Origin: Minisyncoccota bacterium
Lineage (GTDB): Bacteria; Patescibacteriota; Minisyncoccia; Phycocordibacterales; UBA2100
Direction of reading: 5' to 3'
NCBI GenBank assembly: GCA_022842645.1
Contig: JALHPE010000004.1
Location: 8,557 to 72,556 of the forward strand
DNA length: 64,000 bases
Shown: positions 20,675 to 30,708 of the stretch, in pieces
How positions within the stretch are numbered: the stretch's first letter is position 1
How the letters are laid out: every line of letters starts with the position of its first letter
Made by a program: the position numbers and the translations under genes
The notes under the pieces: model-generated
The model's database searches: none
Seen by the model: only the letters and a program-made list of their open reading frames with translations
What the model was told of the DNA's origin: nothing

Positions 20675-21910
20675 TTATAGTATTTCCGGGCGGGGCACGG
20701 GGAGTATATACTTTCCACCCCCTTCCGCAAAGCGCTTCGTTGCTTCCATTATGGGAAGCGCAAAATTCCACGCCAATAGCAAACAATAATCAGGCTTGCG
20801 AGCATAAAGCTCGTCTCGCGCGACAATGGGAATATGCGTCCCGGGCATCACCCTACCCTGCTTAAGCGGAGAATCGTCGACGATAAAATCAATGTCTGCA
20901 TGTGTGAGCCCAAATGCGTATGAGAACGTTGTCGCTTTAGCGGGCGCGCCGTATCCCGCGATTCGGCCACCATTCATTTTTATACGATTCATCACTTCAG
21001 ACAGAGCCGCCTTATTTGCTAGAATGGACGCGCGAAACTGCTCGTAGATTGGGGACGTATTGAGGTGGGCTTCACCCTGCAGAAGTGTGGCGAGTGTTTC
21101 AGACACCTGACATGCACCCCCTTTTTTCTGTACCCACACTCTGACTGAACCGCCGTGCACCGCTATACGCTCCACATCAAAGATTTCCATGTCGAGGCCA
21201 GCAAAAAAGTGCTGAAGCGGAGCGAGGTGATGGTAAAAGATGTGCTCATGATACACAATGTCGAACAAATTTTTCTCAATAAGATCCTTCAGATATTGCA
21301 CTTCAAAAACAAATACTCCGTCATCGGAGAGCAGTGTGCGCACTGATTCTGCAAAACCACGGAGGTCGTCAGTGTGCGCAAATACATTATTTGCCGTCAC
21401 AACACGGGCATGACGCTTCTGTGCAAGAGACGACGCGAGCGCGGGCGTTAAAAATGCATTCACGGTTTCAAGTCCCGCGGCATTTGCATCGGCTGCAATG
21501 TTCTTTGCGGGTTCAATACCCAATACATCCACACCGTGATCCTTGAATGCCTTGAGGAGCACCCCATCATTTGAGCCGACATCTATCACCAGATCTTTGG
21601 AATTGAGCTCAAGCTTCTGCAGAACCTGTTTCGCATAATCCTCAAAATGTTTCCGAAATGACGGGGACGTACCTGATACGTACAAATAGTTTTCAAACAA
21701 CGCCCGTGGATCAACCGTATGTCGCAACTGCACCGAAAAACACGAAACGCAGCGCACAACCTCAAGAGGAGCAAAAGGTTCTTCTGTGCCCACCTCCTCA
21801 GGGAGCAGGAAATTGTTTGCGAAAGGAGTCTCGCCAAAAGAAATAACCTCTTCAAAGGCTCGAGCGCCGCATAAGCGACATGTCGTAGATTCTACGAATA
21901 GAGAGCTCAT
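20675..21910 (-). CDS. NDP-sugar C-methyltransferase (Zn-binding N-terminus)
   Basis: CRLCG...C..C, DVGSNDG, YHEH, YGAPAKA, LAWNF. Confidence 0.85.
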   Translation of the reverse strand: MSSLFVESTTCRLCGARAFEEVISFGETPFANNFLLPEEVGTEEPFAPLEVVRCVSCFSVQLRHTVDPRALFENYLYVSGTSPSFRKHFEDYAKQVLQKLELNSKDLVIDVGSNDGVLLKAFKDHGVDVLGIEPAKNIAADANAAGLETVNAFLTPALASSLAQKRHARVVTANNVFAHTDDLRGFAESVRTLLSDDGVFVFEVQYLKDLIEKNLFDIVYHEHIFYHHLAPLQHFFAGLDMEIFDVERIAVHGGSVRVWVQKKGGACQVSETLATLLQGEAHLNTSPIYEQFRASILANKAALSEVMNRIKMNGGRIAGYGAPAKATTFSYAFGLTHADIDFIVDDSPLKQGRVMPGTHIPIVARDELYARKPDYCLLLAWNFALPIMEATKRFAEGGGKYILPVPRPEIL

Positions 21911-21983
21911 CGAGACAGTATCCTGCATTACTACATGTGAAGCAACTCTGGCGCAGATGGCAGTCACATCGTACTATAACGCT

Positions 21984-22436
21984 ATGGATCCATTACACGA
22001 GCGCGCAGAATATATACAGAAAACATCCAATCCCTTTGTCGATGTTCGGGGACGCATTGATAATTATGATTTGGTCGCGCCCATCAACATGGCGAACATT
22101 ATCACTTCTGCACCCCGCACCATTCGCGCCAATCACTACCATCCAGAACAACTACAACAATGCCTCGTGATTTCTGGTTCATACATCAGTGTATTCAAAG
22201 ATCTGCTTCGCCCAGACGCAGTCCTTCAGTCACAGGTGGTGCGCGCAGGAGATCTTTCTGTGATGCCACCCATGGTGGCGCACGCTATGATTTTTACTGA
22301 GGACACGGTGTTTCTCAATCTCGTAGGTGGCAACAGAGATCGTGACACATTCGGTAAGCATACCGTTCCCTTTACCCTCGTCACCGACGCTGATATTGAT
22401 GGCTTTATTGAGAAGCACCGTGAGCGTGCGCTCTAA
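21984..22436 (+). CDS. Cupin, RmlC/NDP-sugar epimerase-isomerase-like
   Basis: FVDVRG, RANHYH, G......P.VAH cupin motifs; start at ATG 21984. Confidence 0.7.
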   Translation: MDPLHERAEYIQKTSNPFVDVRGRIDNYDLVAPINMANIITSAPRTIRANHYHPEQLQQCLVISGSYISVFKDLLRPDAVLQSQVVRAGDLSVMPPMVAHAMIFTEDTVFLNLVGGNRDRDTFGKHTVPFTLVTDADIDGFIEKHRERAL

Positions 22437-23578
22437 GCAACGCTCTCTAGCAGTCTCTTGATTGCTTCCGCTCGCGCCTCCCACGTATGTGTTCGAGCGA
22501 GTGTTTGCGCAGACTCTTTCCGCGCACCATGGGCACTGCTCTCAAGAATAGTTTGTATGGCTCGTGCAAAAGACTCTGGGTTATCCGGCTCCGCAAATAT
22601 CACTTCTTTTTCAGTAACAATTTCGCGTATTGATGGTAAGTCGGATGTCACGATAGGAGTTCCTGATGCAAGGTACTCAAATAATTTTACTGGTGACGTT
22701 TCGTATTTCGATGCTCGCTCTTTCGCTGTATTGGGAAGCACAATCACATCTGCCGCTCTCAAAAACAGGGGGATGCGCGCATGCTCTTGGTGTGGCAAAA
22801 ACACAATACGAGGAAGTGACCGCTCAGCAACAAACTGCTCGATACTTGCGCGATCCGACTCGGTCCCTCCAACGAAATAGACGCATGTGTCTTCGGGAAG
22901 GAAAGGCGTAACTTCTGCAAGGGTGTGTACTCCTTTCCAGGAAAACAGATGCCCCGTATAAAGCACGATCCGCTGTTCTAGAGGCAAATGCAAGATCTCT
23001 CTCGCTTCCGGTTGTGTTTGAGGTATATCAAACATAGGAACGTCCACTGCATTCGGCTGTACGATCATTCGTTTTTCCGGAAAGCCATAATACTCCGCGA
23101 GGCGTTTCTTTTTTATAGAATTAGTGACAATTAATCCTGCCACACGATGAAGCACAAAACGATTGAGTACATGCCATCGACTTTCATAAAAATCATGAAT
23201 CTCGACACAGATCGGCAACCCAAGAATACTGGGGAGCACAAAATCGCGCAGATCGTGACCGTATAGCAGTACATTCTCGTTGAGCCCCCGCAACCTCCAC
23301 CACACCGCAAGATTAAATGAAAAGACCATCATGAAGAATCCGATTGATCCGAGCTGAGCCATAAGATCGAGTGCCCAGATTTTTCGAATCGGGAAATTCA
23401 ATTGGATTCTGTGTTTCTCGAAAGGATCTCCGTCAAACGCATTACGACGCTGTGGAACCCACAGTTCAACATCGTACCCGAGACGGACAAATTCCTCACA
23501 TGTTTTGAGAATAAGAGGTGACATCGTTTTTTCCGACGGAATCCGCCAGTGAGTGAGATAGATCAGCCTCTGAGCCAT
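22433..23578 (-). CDS. GT4 glycosyltransferase
   Basis: PNAVD, YTGHL..KG, SPVKLFEYLASG.P. Confidence 0.9.
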   Translation of the reverse strand: MAQRLIYLTHWRIPSEKTMSPLILKTCEEFVRLGYDVELWVPQRRNAFDGDPFEKHRIQLNFPIRKIWALDLMAQLGSIGFFMMVFSFNLAVWWRLRGLNENVLLYGHDLRDFVLPSILGLPICVEIHDFYESRWHVLNRFVLHRVAGLIVTNSIKKKRLAEYYGFPEKRMIVQPNAVDVPMFDIPQTQPEAREILHLPLEQRIVLYTGHLFSWKGVHTLAEVTPFLPEDTCVYFVGGTESDRASIEQFVAERSLPRIVFLPHQEHARIPLFLRAADVIVLPNTAKERASKYETSPVKLFEYLASGTPIVTSDLPSIREIVTEKEVIFAEPDNPESFARAIQTILESSAHGARKESAQTLARTHTWEARAEAIKRLLESVA

Positions 23579-23635
23579 ATCGCTGTATCGTACTCTCGCC
23601 CATCTCAAAACACCAGAATTACGGTACTATACAGC

Positions 23636-24048
23636 ATGCGTGATTTACTGAGCTCTCGCGAACGCATTATTCACATGGCACGAGTCGCCTGTGTTGGCGG
23701 TATTGGATTTGTCGTACAAACAAGCATTTTTGAAATCGTTGGTATCCAATTGGAACTCCTTCGCCCTTCAACAGCCCACTCCTTGGCGGCGAAATAGCCG
23801 TCTTGCTTGGATTCGTTTTGAACAACCACTTCAACTTTCCGGATCGGACAGTGCCAGTGCACACACGTCTGCTTCGATTCCATACCGTGGTTCTTGGCTC
23901 CCTCTTCTTGCAGTGGCTCTTTGTACGCCTCGCTGAAATATATTTCCCCGGATCTACAATGATGCTCCGCGCCGCGTACCTCTGCGGTATTGGTCTTGGT
24001 TTCCTCTCGAATTATATCGGCTACACGCTCTGGGTGTGGCGAAAGTAA
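23636..24048 (+). pseudogene. GtrA-family gene with a single frameshift
   Basis: N-half (VGGIGFVVQT) and C-half (GFVLNNHFNF...SNY...WVWRK) lie in different frames; adding one base near 23776 gives STA.LLGGEIAVLLGF. Confidence 0.75.
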
Positions 24049-25136
24049 TCTGAGCGTGCGCCTTTGGCGAGACGTATACGAATGTCATTCACGATATTTG
24101 GCACTTGTGCATCGATACGAAAGTATCGCACGAACACTTCGCGTGCTTTGTACTGCATGTCTTTGTATTGCTGTGGTGAGAGGGACGCATGAAAATCCGC
24201 GATGCGTTCGGGAAGTTTTTGTAGATCTCTAAAATCAACGACGAGTGAGAAATCGCGCATGTCGACATGGTCGCTAAAAGGAAAATTGCGTTCTGTATCA
24301 AGAATGATGGGAATGCGCCCAAGCGAGAGAATCTCATAGAGCCGTGTTGCATCGTTTGCATCCCCTCGCACATCGAGTGCATAGTCGGAATTAAGAATCG
24401 TATCCACCAATTCCTCACGCAGTGCCCGCATGTCTTTTTCGGCAGTCTTAGCAGTGCCAGAAAAAGAGTTGCGCGCTTTAAGATTGAGGGAGACCCGCGG
24501 CGATGAGCGCAGTACATCAACGGCACGTTTCCGCCAAAACACACCCTTCGTGCATGCTTTGTATCGATCATCGAATAAACCGTGCAGGCGCACTGGTGCC
24601 TCACGCATCATGGTACGAAGCGCTGGGAGGAGTGGATAGTGTACCCAGGCGGCAAAACCAACGCTTGGTATTCCTTCTTGTTTCTCGCGGGGAGAGAATA
24701 CCCCACTCCGGCAGCGTTCGAGCAAATCGTCAGAAGCAGGCGGTACCTGAATACGGTTGCGCTCTGGCAGAAAGCGGTAGCCGCCGATTCTCAATACATA
24801 TGCGTCTTCGTAGGAAACCGGGAATTCAACATCGCCCATACCATCAATAAAAAGTGGGAGCTTGTGCGCGCGAGCACGCTCGATACATTCAGCGAGAAGC
24901 GCCGGGTCGTTCTGCATAAGCCACACGTGCCGGTATGGCGCGAAGACCATGTCGGCATTTGTAATATCATGAACGATCGTATAGTGCCGCCTGTCGAATG
25001 AAAACGCATCAAACATTTCTTTGGCAAAAAGAGACGTGGCTTCGTTGGGATTCCCCCAAAATGGGTAGAGGAACGGCGCATGAAGCCCCCTCCTTCTCCA
25101 CGCAGGATCAACGTAGAGGCGTAAGGGGGTGCTCAT
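24021..25136 (-). CDS. Exostosin-family (GT47) glycosyltransferase
   Basis: SDYALDVRGD....RLYEILSLGRIPI...PF GT47 motif. Confidence 0.75.
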   Translation of the reverse strand: MSTPLRLYVDPAWRRRGLHAPFLYPFWGNPNEATSLFAKEMFDAFSFDRRHYTIVHDITNADMVFAPYRHVWLMQNDPALLAECIERARAHKLPLFIDGMGDVEFPVSYEDAYVLRIGGYRFLPERNRIQVPPASDDLLERCRSGVFSPREKQEGIPSVGFAAWVHYPLLPALRTMMREAPVRLHGLFDDRYKACTKGVFWRKRAVDVLRSSPRVSLNLKARNSFSGTAKTAEKDMRALREELVDTILNSDYALDVRGDANDATRLYEILSLGRIPIILDTERNFPFSDHVDMRDFSLVVDFRDLQKLPERIADFHASLSPQQYKDMQYKAREVFVRYFRIDAQVPNIVNDIRIRLAKGARSDYFRHTQSV

Positions 25137-26221
25137 AGAGCCTCCACCACGCGAATATATTCTCGTGCGGCTTTGGGCCAGGAAAAGATTGTCGCGCGGT
25201 CTTTTCCTTTAGTGATGAGTTCTGTGCGGAGAGCTTCGCCATTGTAGATGCGCTCCATTGCTTCGGATATCGCATCAACATTATGTGGATCAACGAGGAG
25301 AGCTGCATCGTCCGCAACTTCTGCCATCGAGGAAATATTCGAAGTAATAACTGGCGTACCAAGGCTCATGGCTTCCACGATTGGCATGCCGAATCCTTCA
25401 TTAATTGATGGAAAGACACATGCGAGTGCGTTTTTATAGTAGGCATAGAGCGCCCCCTTCACCGTATACCCCACAAAATGAACGTTCTGTTCTAGTCCAG
25501 CCTCCTTAATGTCCTCCTGGATTTTTTCGTAATAGGATCCGCCATAGTCGCCTGCAATAACGAGCTGACAATTGGAAGACATCCGTTTTTTAAAGCGAAT
25601 AAATGCGGAGACAATGCCGTGCACATTTTTGCGGTATTTCACTTTTCCTATAAAGAAAAAATAGGGTTTCAAATTCTCGTTCACGGGAACTGCCTCGTCT
25701 TTATATACTTCAAGACTCTGAAATCCGTCATAACTCACCGCAATACGATCCTCTCCTATACCATAAAAATGCATGAGGTCTTTTTTTGTAGCCTCAGAAG
25801 CGGCGATGATATGACTCGCACGCGCAAACGAAAGACGCATGAGTATCTGATCGCGTAAGAACGCAAACGCTTTTGCACTCAATCCTTGTGGTGGGATCTT
25901 CTGGCTCGCGAGCTCTTGGCACATGGGGATCGCATGTACACCGCGCACAATCAAAGGCACCATCGGCACCATGAAAATAAGTGCATCGGGACAGTTTTTG
26001 AGCGTAAAAAAGAACCAGAGTTTCTTTAGAAAGTTATGGGGGACGATTATGTTCTCATAGGCACCGGGAACGAGTGCCCGATCAATTGGTTTTGATGAGT
26101 AGAAAAGAAATTCGTGCGCAGGCCCTTCTTTCGGAAGGTTACGCATAAGTTCGAGAATCACATACCCCATCCCCGAGGCATTACGCTCCTCGTATGGCTC
26201 TGCGACAAACCCAATTCTCAT
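25133..26221 (-). CDS. GT4 glycosyltransferase
   Basis: RKN, FPSINEGFGMPIVEAM. Confidence 0.9.
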   Translation of the reverse strand: MRIGFVAEPYEERNASGMGYVILELMRNLPKEGPAHEFLFYSSKPIDRALVPGAYENIIVPHNFLKKLWFFFTLKNCPDALIFMVPMVPLIVRGVHAIPMCQELASQKIPPQGLSAKAFAFLRDQILMRLSFARASHIIAASEATKKDLMHFYGIGEDRIAVSYDGFQSLEVYKDEAVPVNENLKPYFFFIGKVKYRKNVHGIVSAFIRFKKRMSSNCQLVIAGDYGGSYYEKIQEDIKEAGLEQNVHFVGYTVKGALYAYYKNALACVFPSINEGFGMPIVEAMSLGTPVITSNISSMAEVADDAALLVDPHNVDAISEAMERIYNGEALRTELITKGKDRATIFSWPKAAREYIRVVEAL

Positions 26222-27249
26222 ACCACCAAGGGCTCAAGCACAGCGCGATTCTCTTTGATCCACGCAAACATGTCGTCAAAACCCTCTTCAAGAGCAATTG
26301 CCGGTTTCCAGCCAAAATCATGCTCGGCTTTGCGTACGTCAGAGATATAGAGCTTTTGGTCACCGGGGCGCCAATCACTATGAGACACTGCGACCGTACC
26401 AATTTTTTTCTCAAGAAACGAGACAAATTCAAGAATGGACGATGTGTAGCCGGCGCCGCCACCAATGTTGTAGATCTGACCCCGTGTCGCATCAATGCGT
26501 GCGATTGCGGCGTCAAAAGCTCGCACCAGATCGTTCACGTGCAGAATGTCGCGCACTTGTTTGCCGTCGCCATAGATCGTGATCGGTTTTCCAAAAAGCG
26601 CACGCATCGTGAGAAACGCCACCCATCCTTGATCCACAATGCCAAATTGGTGTCCGCCATAAATACACGATTGGCGGAATACGACAGTCGGCACATCATA
26701 GATACGACTCCAATCGCGCACATATTGATCTGCCGTGCCCTTAGAACAACCGTAGGGTGAGTGGAAGTCGAGAAGCATCTCTTCGGGAACACCGTGGGGC
26801 ATATCGGGAAATACATAGCGTGTTCCCTCTTCTTTCACGACAACATGCTCCAACCCTCCGTACACTTTATTAGTTGAAGTGTAGAGAACGATCGGCTTCT
26901 TCGTTGCGCGACGCGCGCCATCCAGTACTGCCAGCGTGCCCAGCGCGTTAGTATTGAAGTCAAGAAGAGGGTCGGTCACCGATGTCGTCACGGCAACCTG
27001 CGCTGCGGCATGGAGAATGACATCGTAGTCACCTTGTGCAATGTGCTCGGAAACTGCGGGAACATCTTTAGCTACATCCATCTCAAGAACGATGATGTTC
27101 GGTACGGCTTGTTTTAGAAACGCTTCGTTAACCCGAGAACCTGGGCGAGAGAAATTATCAAGACACGTAATATCCCATCCCTTTGCTGCAAAATACACTG
27201 CAGCGTTTGTACCGATAAAGCCGCTTCCCCCTGTGATGAGCATCTTCAT
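26218..27249 (-). CDS. CDP-paratose 2-epimerase-like SDR
   Basis: QVAVTTS, STNKVYG, SPYGCSKG, FRQSCIYG, DQGWVA, RPGDQ. Confidence 0.85.
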   Translation of the reverse strand: MKMLITGGSGFIGTNAAVYFAAKGWDITCLDNFSRPGSRVNEAFLKQAVPNIIVLEMDVAKDVPAVSEHIAQGDYDVILHAAAQVAVTTSVTDPLLDFNTNALGTLAVLDGARRATKKPIVLYTSTNKVYGGLEHVVVKEEGTRYVFPDMPHGVPEEMLLDFHSPYGCSKGTADQYVRDWSRIYDVPTVVFRQSCIYGGHQFGIVDQGWVAFLTMRALFGKPITIYGDGKQVRDILHVNDLVRAFDAAIARIDATRGQIYNIGGGAGYTSSILEFVSFLEKKIGTVAVSHSDWRPGDQKLYISDVRKAEHDFGWKPAIALEEGFDDMFAWIKENRAVLEPLVV

Positions 27250-27264
27250 GCGCGTATGATACCG

Positions 27265-27894
27265 CTACTTCGCATGAAGCTCCAGAGTAAAAAAATGGTG
27301 GTAGGGACTCTCAAACGGGATAAAATCACTGACGATTTTGCCGTGCTTCGAAAGTTCTCCGCGGATGCGAGAGATGGGGTAATCGCGCTTCCCTATTTCC
27401 CAGTAGTGCTGGCCATTGAAGGCGTGTGCTTTGGGATATGGGATTTTATAGGCAAGACGCACGCGCGGAAGAAATGGGATCTTGCATGAAAGTGAGAGCA
27501 TGGGACCAAAATGCGGAAGACTTATGAGTACATGCGAGCGCGCAACACGCGCAAGCTCACTCAGTGCTGGTTGGAATTGATCAAACGGAAGGTGTTCCAG
27601 AACCTCAAATGCGCATGACACATCAAAAGAAGCACCGGGAAACGGAAGCTTTGTTACAGGCGCGATCACATCCGCCCCAACATCATCCGCAATGTCGACT
27701 CCTATGTATGCAATGCCGGTATTGTTTTTGAGATAACTCCCCACCACACGATCTCCCACACCAATTTCGAGCACTGAGCGCGGCTTCACGCGCATGATTT
27801 CAGTGAGCTGCGCGTGATAGCTCACAAAACGCTCCTCATCGCCATAGAGGTCAAAATGATACGCATCTTTGTCTACTTGTTTTTGAGTATGCAT
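27265..27894 (-). CDS. Class I SAM-dependent methyltransferase
   Basis: VLEIGVG, LPF...FD...FEVLEH. Confidence 0.85.
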   Translation of the reverse strand: MHTQKQVDKDAYHFDLYGDEERFVSYHAQLTEIMRVKPRSVLEIGVGDRVVGSYLKNNTGIAYIGVDIADDVGADVIAPVTKLPFPGASFDVSCAFEVLEHLPFDQFQPALSELARVARSHVLISLPHFGPMLSLSCKIPFLPRVRLAYKIPYPKAHAFNGQHYWEIGKRDYPISRIRGELSKHGKIVSDFIPFESPYHHFFTLELHAK

Positions 27895-28925
27895 ACAAGG
27901 CGTTCTATAAGATTTGGGAGTGCGTGATCGCGCTCTACGATAGCACGGCTTTGCTTTCCGAGCGCCTCGAGCGTCTCGCGCCTAAGGTTGTAGACGCGCA
28001 CAAGCGCGCGAATGAAAAGCTCTGGCTTTGGCTCTGAAACCACAAGATCAGAATGGATTTTTGCGAGGATTGGTTTTGCCGCGTCGTTTGAAGAAATAAC
28101 AATGCACCCCGCGGCCATTGCCTCCAAGACTGCCTTATCAAGACTCCCCGTCGTACTTGCATGGAGCATGATGTCGGAATTCGCCAGCAATTTCGGGATC
28201 TCAGCGGGTGTCTTGGAACCTGCAAAAAGAACCTTGTCTTGGAGATGAAACCGCTCGACGAAGGAGTGTAGCTCTGCTTCATAGCGCTGATCATCTCGAG
28301 TTACGGACGCCCCCACCACAAGCAGCTGGTATGGCACCCCGCTTCTCGGAAGCTCCGGTAATGCCTCAAAAATGGTCATTAAGCCCTTGGAAGGCGCGAT
28401 ACGACCGAACGCAATAAGCCGCAGAAAATCAGGTGTTGGAGGGCGTTCTAAGGCAAAAAGAGTGGTGTCGATGCCATGTCCGGTCACAGTCACGTTTGGG
28501 CGCTTGAGGCGGAAACTTTCGGGAGACGCAGTGCAGATAGCGTCGACGAGATGGCTCCCGAGACGAACCTTGAGATCAGTGCTCTTATGCGCATACCAGA
28601 GCAAGCGACGCCTCTGAGCCAGTTTCCAAAGTGGCCACCCGAGGATCGCGTACTCAGGATTCATGTGGATGAAAACTGCATCGCAGCGAAACAAAAAACG
28701 AAGGGCGAAATAATAAAAGCGAAAGAAGCGGACGACTCGATGAGTTCCCCTTTCTTTACCGAGAGAATGCACATGCACGTGCGCGGGAAGATCGTACTTC
28801 CCTTTGCGCAAACAAATAATCTCGATCGATTCGCAGTGCTTTGCAAATTCAAGCACCCATCGATGGAAAAATCCCAAAACCGGATCTTCGCTATCAAGTG
28901 CCTGTGTACAAATTAAGAGGCGCAT
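27873..28925 (-). CDS. GT4 glycosyltransferase
   Basis: GHGID, GRIAPSKG, GSLDKAVLEAMAAG. Confidence 0.9.
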   Translation of the reverse strand: MRLLICTQALDSEDPVLGFFHRWVLEFAKHCESIEIICLRKGKYDLPAHVHVHSLGKERGTHRVVRFFRFYYFALRFLFRCDAVFIHMNPEYAILGWPLWKLAQRRRLLWYAHKSTDLKVRLGSHLVDAICTASPESFRLKRPNVTVTGHGIDTTLFALERPPTPDFLRLIAFGRIAPSKGLMTIFEALPELPRSGVPYQLLVVGASVTRDDQRYEAELHSFVERFHLQDKVLFAGSKTPAEIPKLLANSDIMLHASTTGSLDKAVLEAMAAGCIVISSNDAAKPILAKIHSDLVVSEPKPELFIRALVRVYNLRRETLEALGKQSRAIVERDHALPNLIERLVCILKNK

Positions 28926-29785
28926 ACGGCCTTTGGGTTCTCGCCATAGACGCCGCGCAAGAGATCGAGGTCTTTCTCGCTCTCAAGGAGAAGCCCGATG
29001 TTCTTACACTCAAGTGCACGCAAGACCGCCGCGCCGTTTTTGTCGTGCGGCAGTGTTTTTTCGTACATGGAGCGGAGTGCCGCAATGTCTTTGATAAAGC
29101 AAAGGCCTCCCGCACCACGCCCCGGCTTTGAGCCCTGATGCCCGCTTTCATGCACAACCGTGAGGTGCGATGGGCCAATGCGCGGATCGGCTGCAAGTGC
29201 CTTTTTAATTTCCTCGTAATTACACCCGTCGGCTTTCACGAGGTCATAAAAGATATTCGCAAACATCACCTTCATATAGAGAAAAAGGTTGTTAGCGTAT
29301 TTGACATACTCAGCTTCCCGCGCAGTGCAGATTGAGGAGTAAGTTGCTGAGGCCAAAACCGAAAGCACTTTTTCTGCGTGGGGACGGTCTTTTTCTGCAA
29401 CAATACCGATGATGTTTTTGTCGGGGTGCGCCGCATCGTGTGCCGCGGTTGTCACGCGCAAAAACTCTGGCGAGTGCATGACAATGCGATCGGGATATTC
29501 TTTTTGGATCGATTCAGTTGTCCCTGGAATGATGGTGGATTTAATAACAACGACGGTGCCAGGAGCGGTTGTTGCAACCGCAGCACGTACGATTGAATCG
29601 TCATATCCTTCAGGAGTTGTGGGTGTAGGGACGGCGATAAAAACGATTTCGCATTCCTTTATTTTCTCTTTGTTTTGTACGTAGGGCTCTTCAAGCGCAT
29701 ACCGCACAATCGAGAGGCCGCGACGCTCAAAATCGTCGGCATAATTCTTTCCGATAAACCCTTGTCCGATGAATCCGATCTGCAT
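28913..29785 (-). CDS. UDP-glucose/GDP-mannose dehydrogenase family, short form without C-terminal domain
   Basis: GQGFIG, AVPTP, KST, PEFL, AE..KY..N, GG.C..KD; only 290 aa. Confidence 0.8.
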   Translation of the reverse strand: MQIGFIGQGFIGKNYADDFERRGLSIVRYALEEPYVQNKEKIKECEIVFIAVPTPTTPEGYDDSIVRAAVATTAPGTVVVIKSTIIPGTTESIQKEYPDRIVMHSPEFLRVTTAAHDAAHPDKNIIGIVAEKDRPHAEKVLSVLASATYSSICTAREAEYVKYANNLFLYMKVMFANIFYDLVKADGCNYEEIKKALAADPRIGPSHLTVVHESGHQGSKPGRGAGGLCFIKDIAALRSMYEKTLPHDKNGAAVLRALECKNIGLLLESEKDLDLLRGVYGENPKAVCAS

Positions 29786-29791
29786 AGTGTT

Positions 29792-30691
29792 TTACCAATC
29801 TTTAGTGTAACCCTTCTCACTCTCAAGCCACTGTGCGGTTTTTCGTAAGCCCTCTTCCCATTCTGTCTTTGCATACCAGCCACCGAGGAGGGCCCGCGCT
29901 TTTTCAACGCTAAATTCTTCGTGATAGGTCTGGCGAGGCCGGTCAGTGACATGCACAATCTGTGAAGGCGATTCAACCACACGCTTTATATCTTCTGCCA
30001 TCTTGTTTGCGGAAATAGGCTCAGACGCGGTGAGATTGATCACGTGCCCCTGGCTTTCGGGATGCTCGTGTGTGCGCACAATGCCGTCCACGAGGTCTTC
30101 GATAAACGTGAGGGTGCGATCCTGCTCGCCAGTGCCATGCACGGTAATGTCAGCACCTTTGTATGCTTGATCGAAAAAGACGTGCGTCGCAAGTGCCTCA
30201 CGCATGCCGGGGCCATAGATCGTCGCAAAGCGCAAAATTGTCCACGCCATGCCGAAATTGAGCCCGTAGCCTTTGATAACCTCTTCCCCCGCGAGTTTCG
30301 TTGCGGCATAGAGCTCTGCCGGCTTTGGAAGTGTTGAGTCTTCATACTCAGGATGTGTTTCTTGATTGCCATACACGCAACAGGTGGACGCGTACACAAG
30401 CCATACTTTGTGCTTCGCGCATGCAAAGGCAACGTTGTGCGTCCCGGTCACATTGAGTTCAGTGCAGAGGTAGGCGTCTTCAAACGATTTTACTTTGGTG
30501 AGATCTGCTTGTGCGGCGATGTGGTACACGACTTGAACCCCATCTGCAATCGCCGCGTCAACCGCATTGCGATCGAGAATGTCCCCTCCAGAACGAATAT
30601 CAAATGGCACAATCTCGTGCCCCTGCTCCTTGAGGCGGAGAACAACGTGTCCACCAATGAATCCGTCTGATCCGGTAACAAGTATTTTCAT
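29792..30691 (-). CDS. NAD-dependent epimerase/dehydratase
   Basis: VTGSDGFIG, YAATK, R...IYGP. Confidence 0.85.
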   Translation of the reverse strand: MKILVTGSDGFIGGHVVLRLKEQGHEIVPFDIRSGGDILDRNAVDAAIADGVQVVYHIAAQADLTKVKSFEDAYLCTELNVTGTHNVAFACAKHKVWLVYASTCCVYGNQETHPEYEDSTLPKPAELYAATKLAGEEVIKGYGLNFGMAWTILRFATIYGPGMREALATHVFFDQAYKGADITVHGTGEQDRTLTFIEDLVDGIVRTHEHPESQGHVINLTASEPISANKMAEDIKRVVESPSQIVHVTDRPRQTYHEEFSVEKARALLGGWYAKTEWEEGLRKTAQWLESEKGYTKDW

Positions 30692-30708
30692 GACAAGTAA
30701 CGATACCA

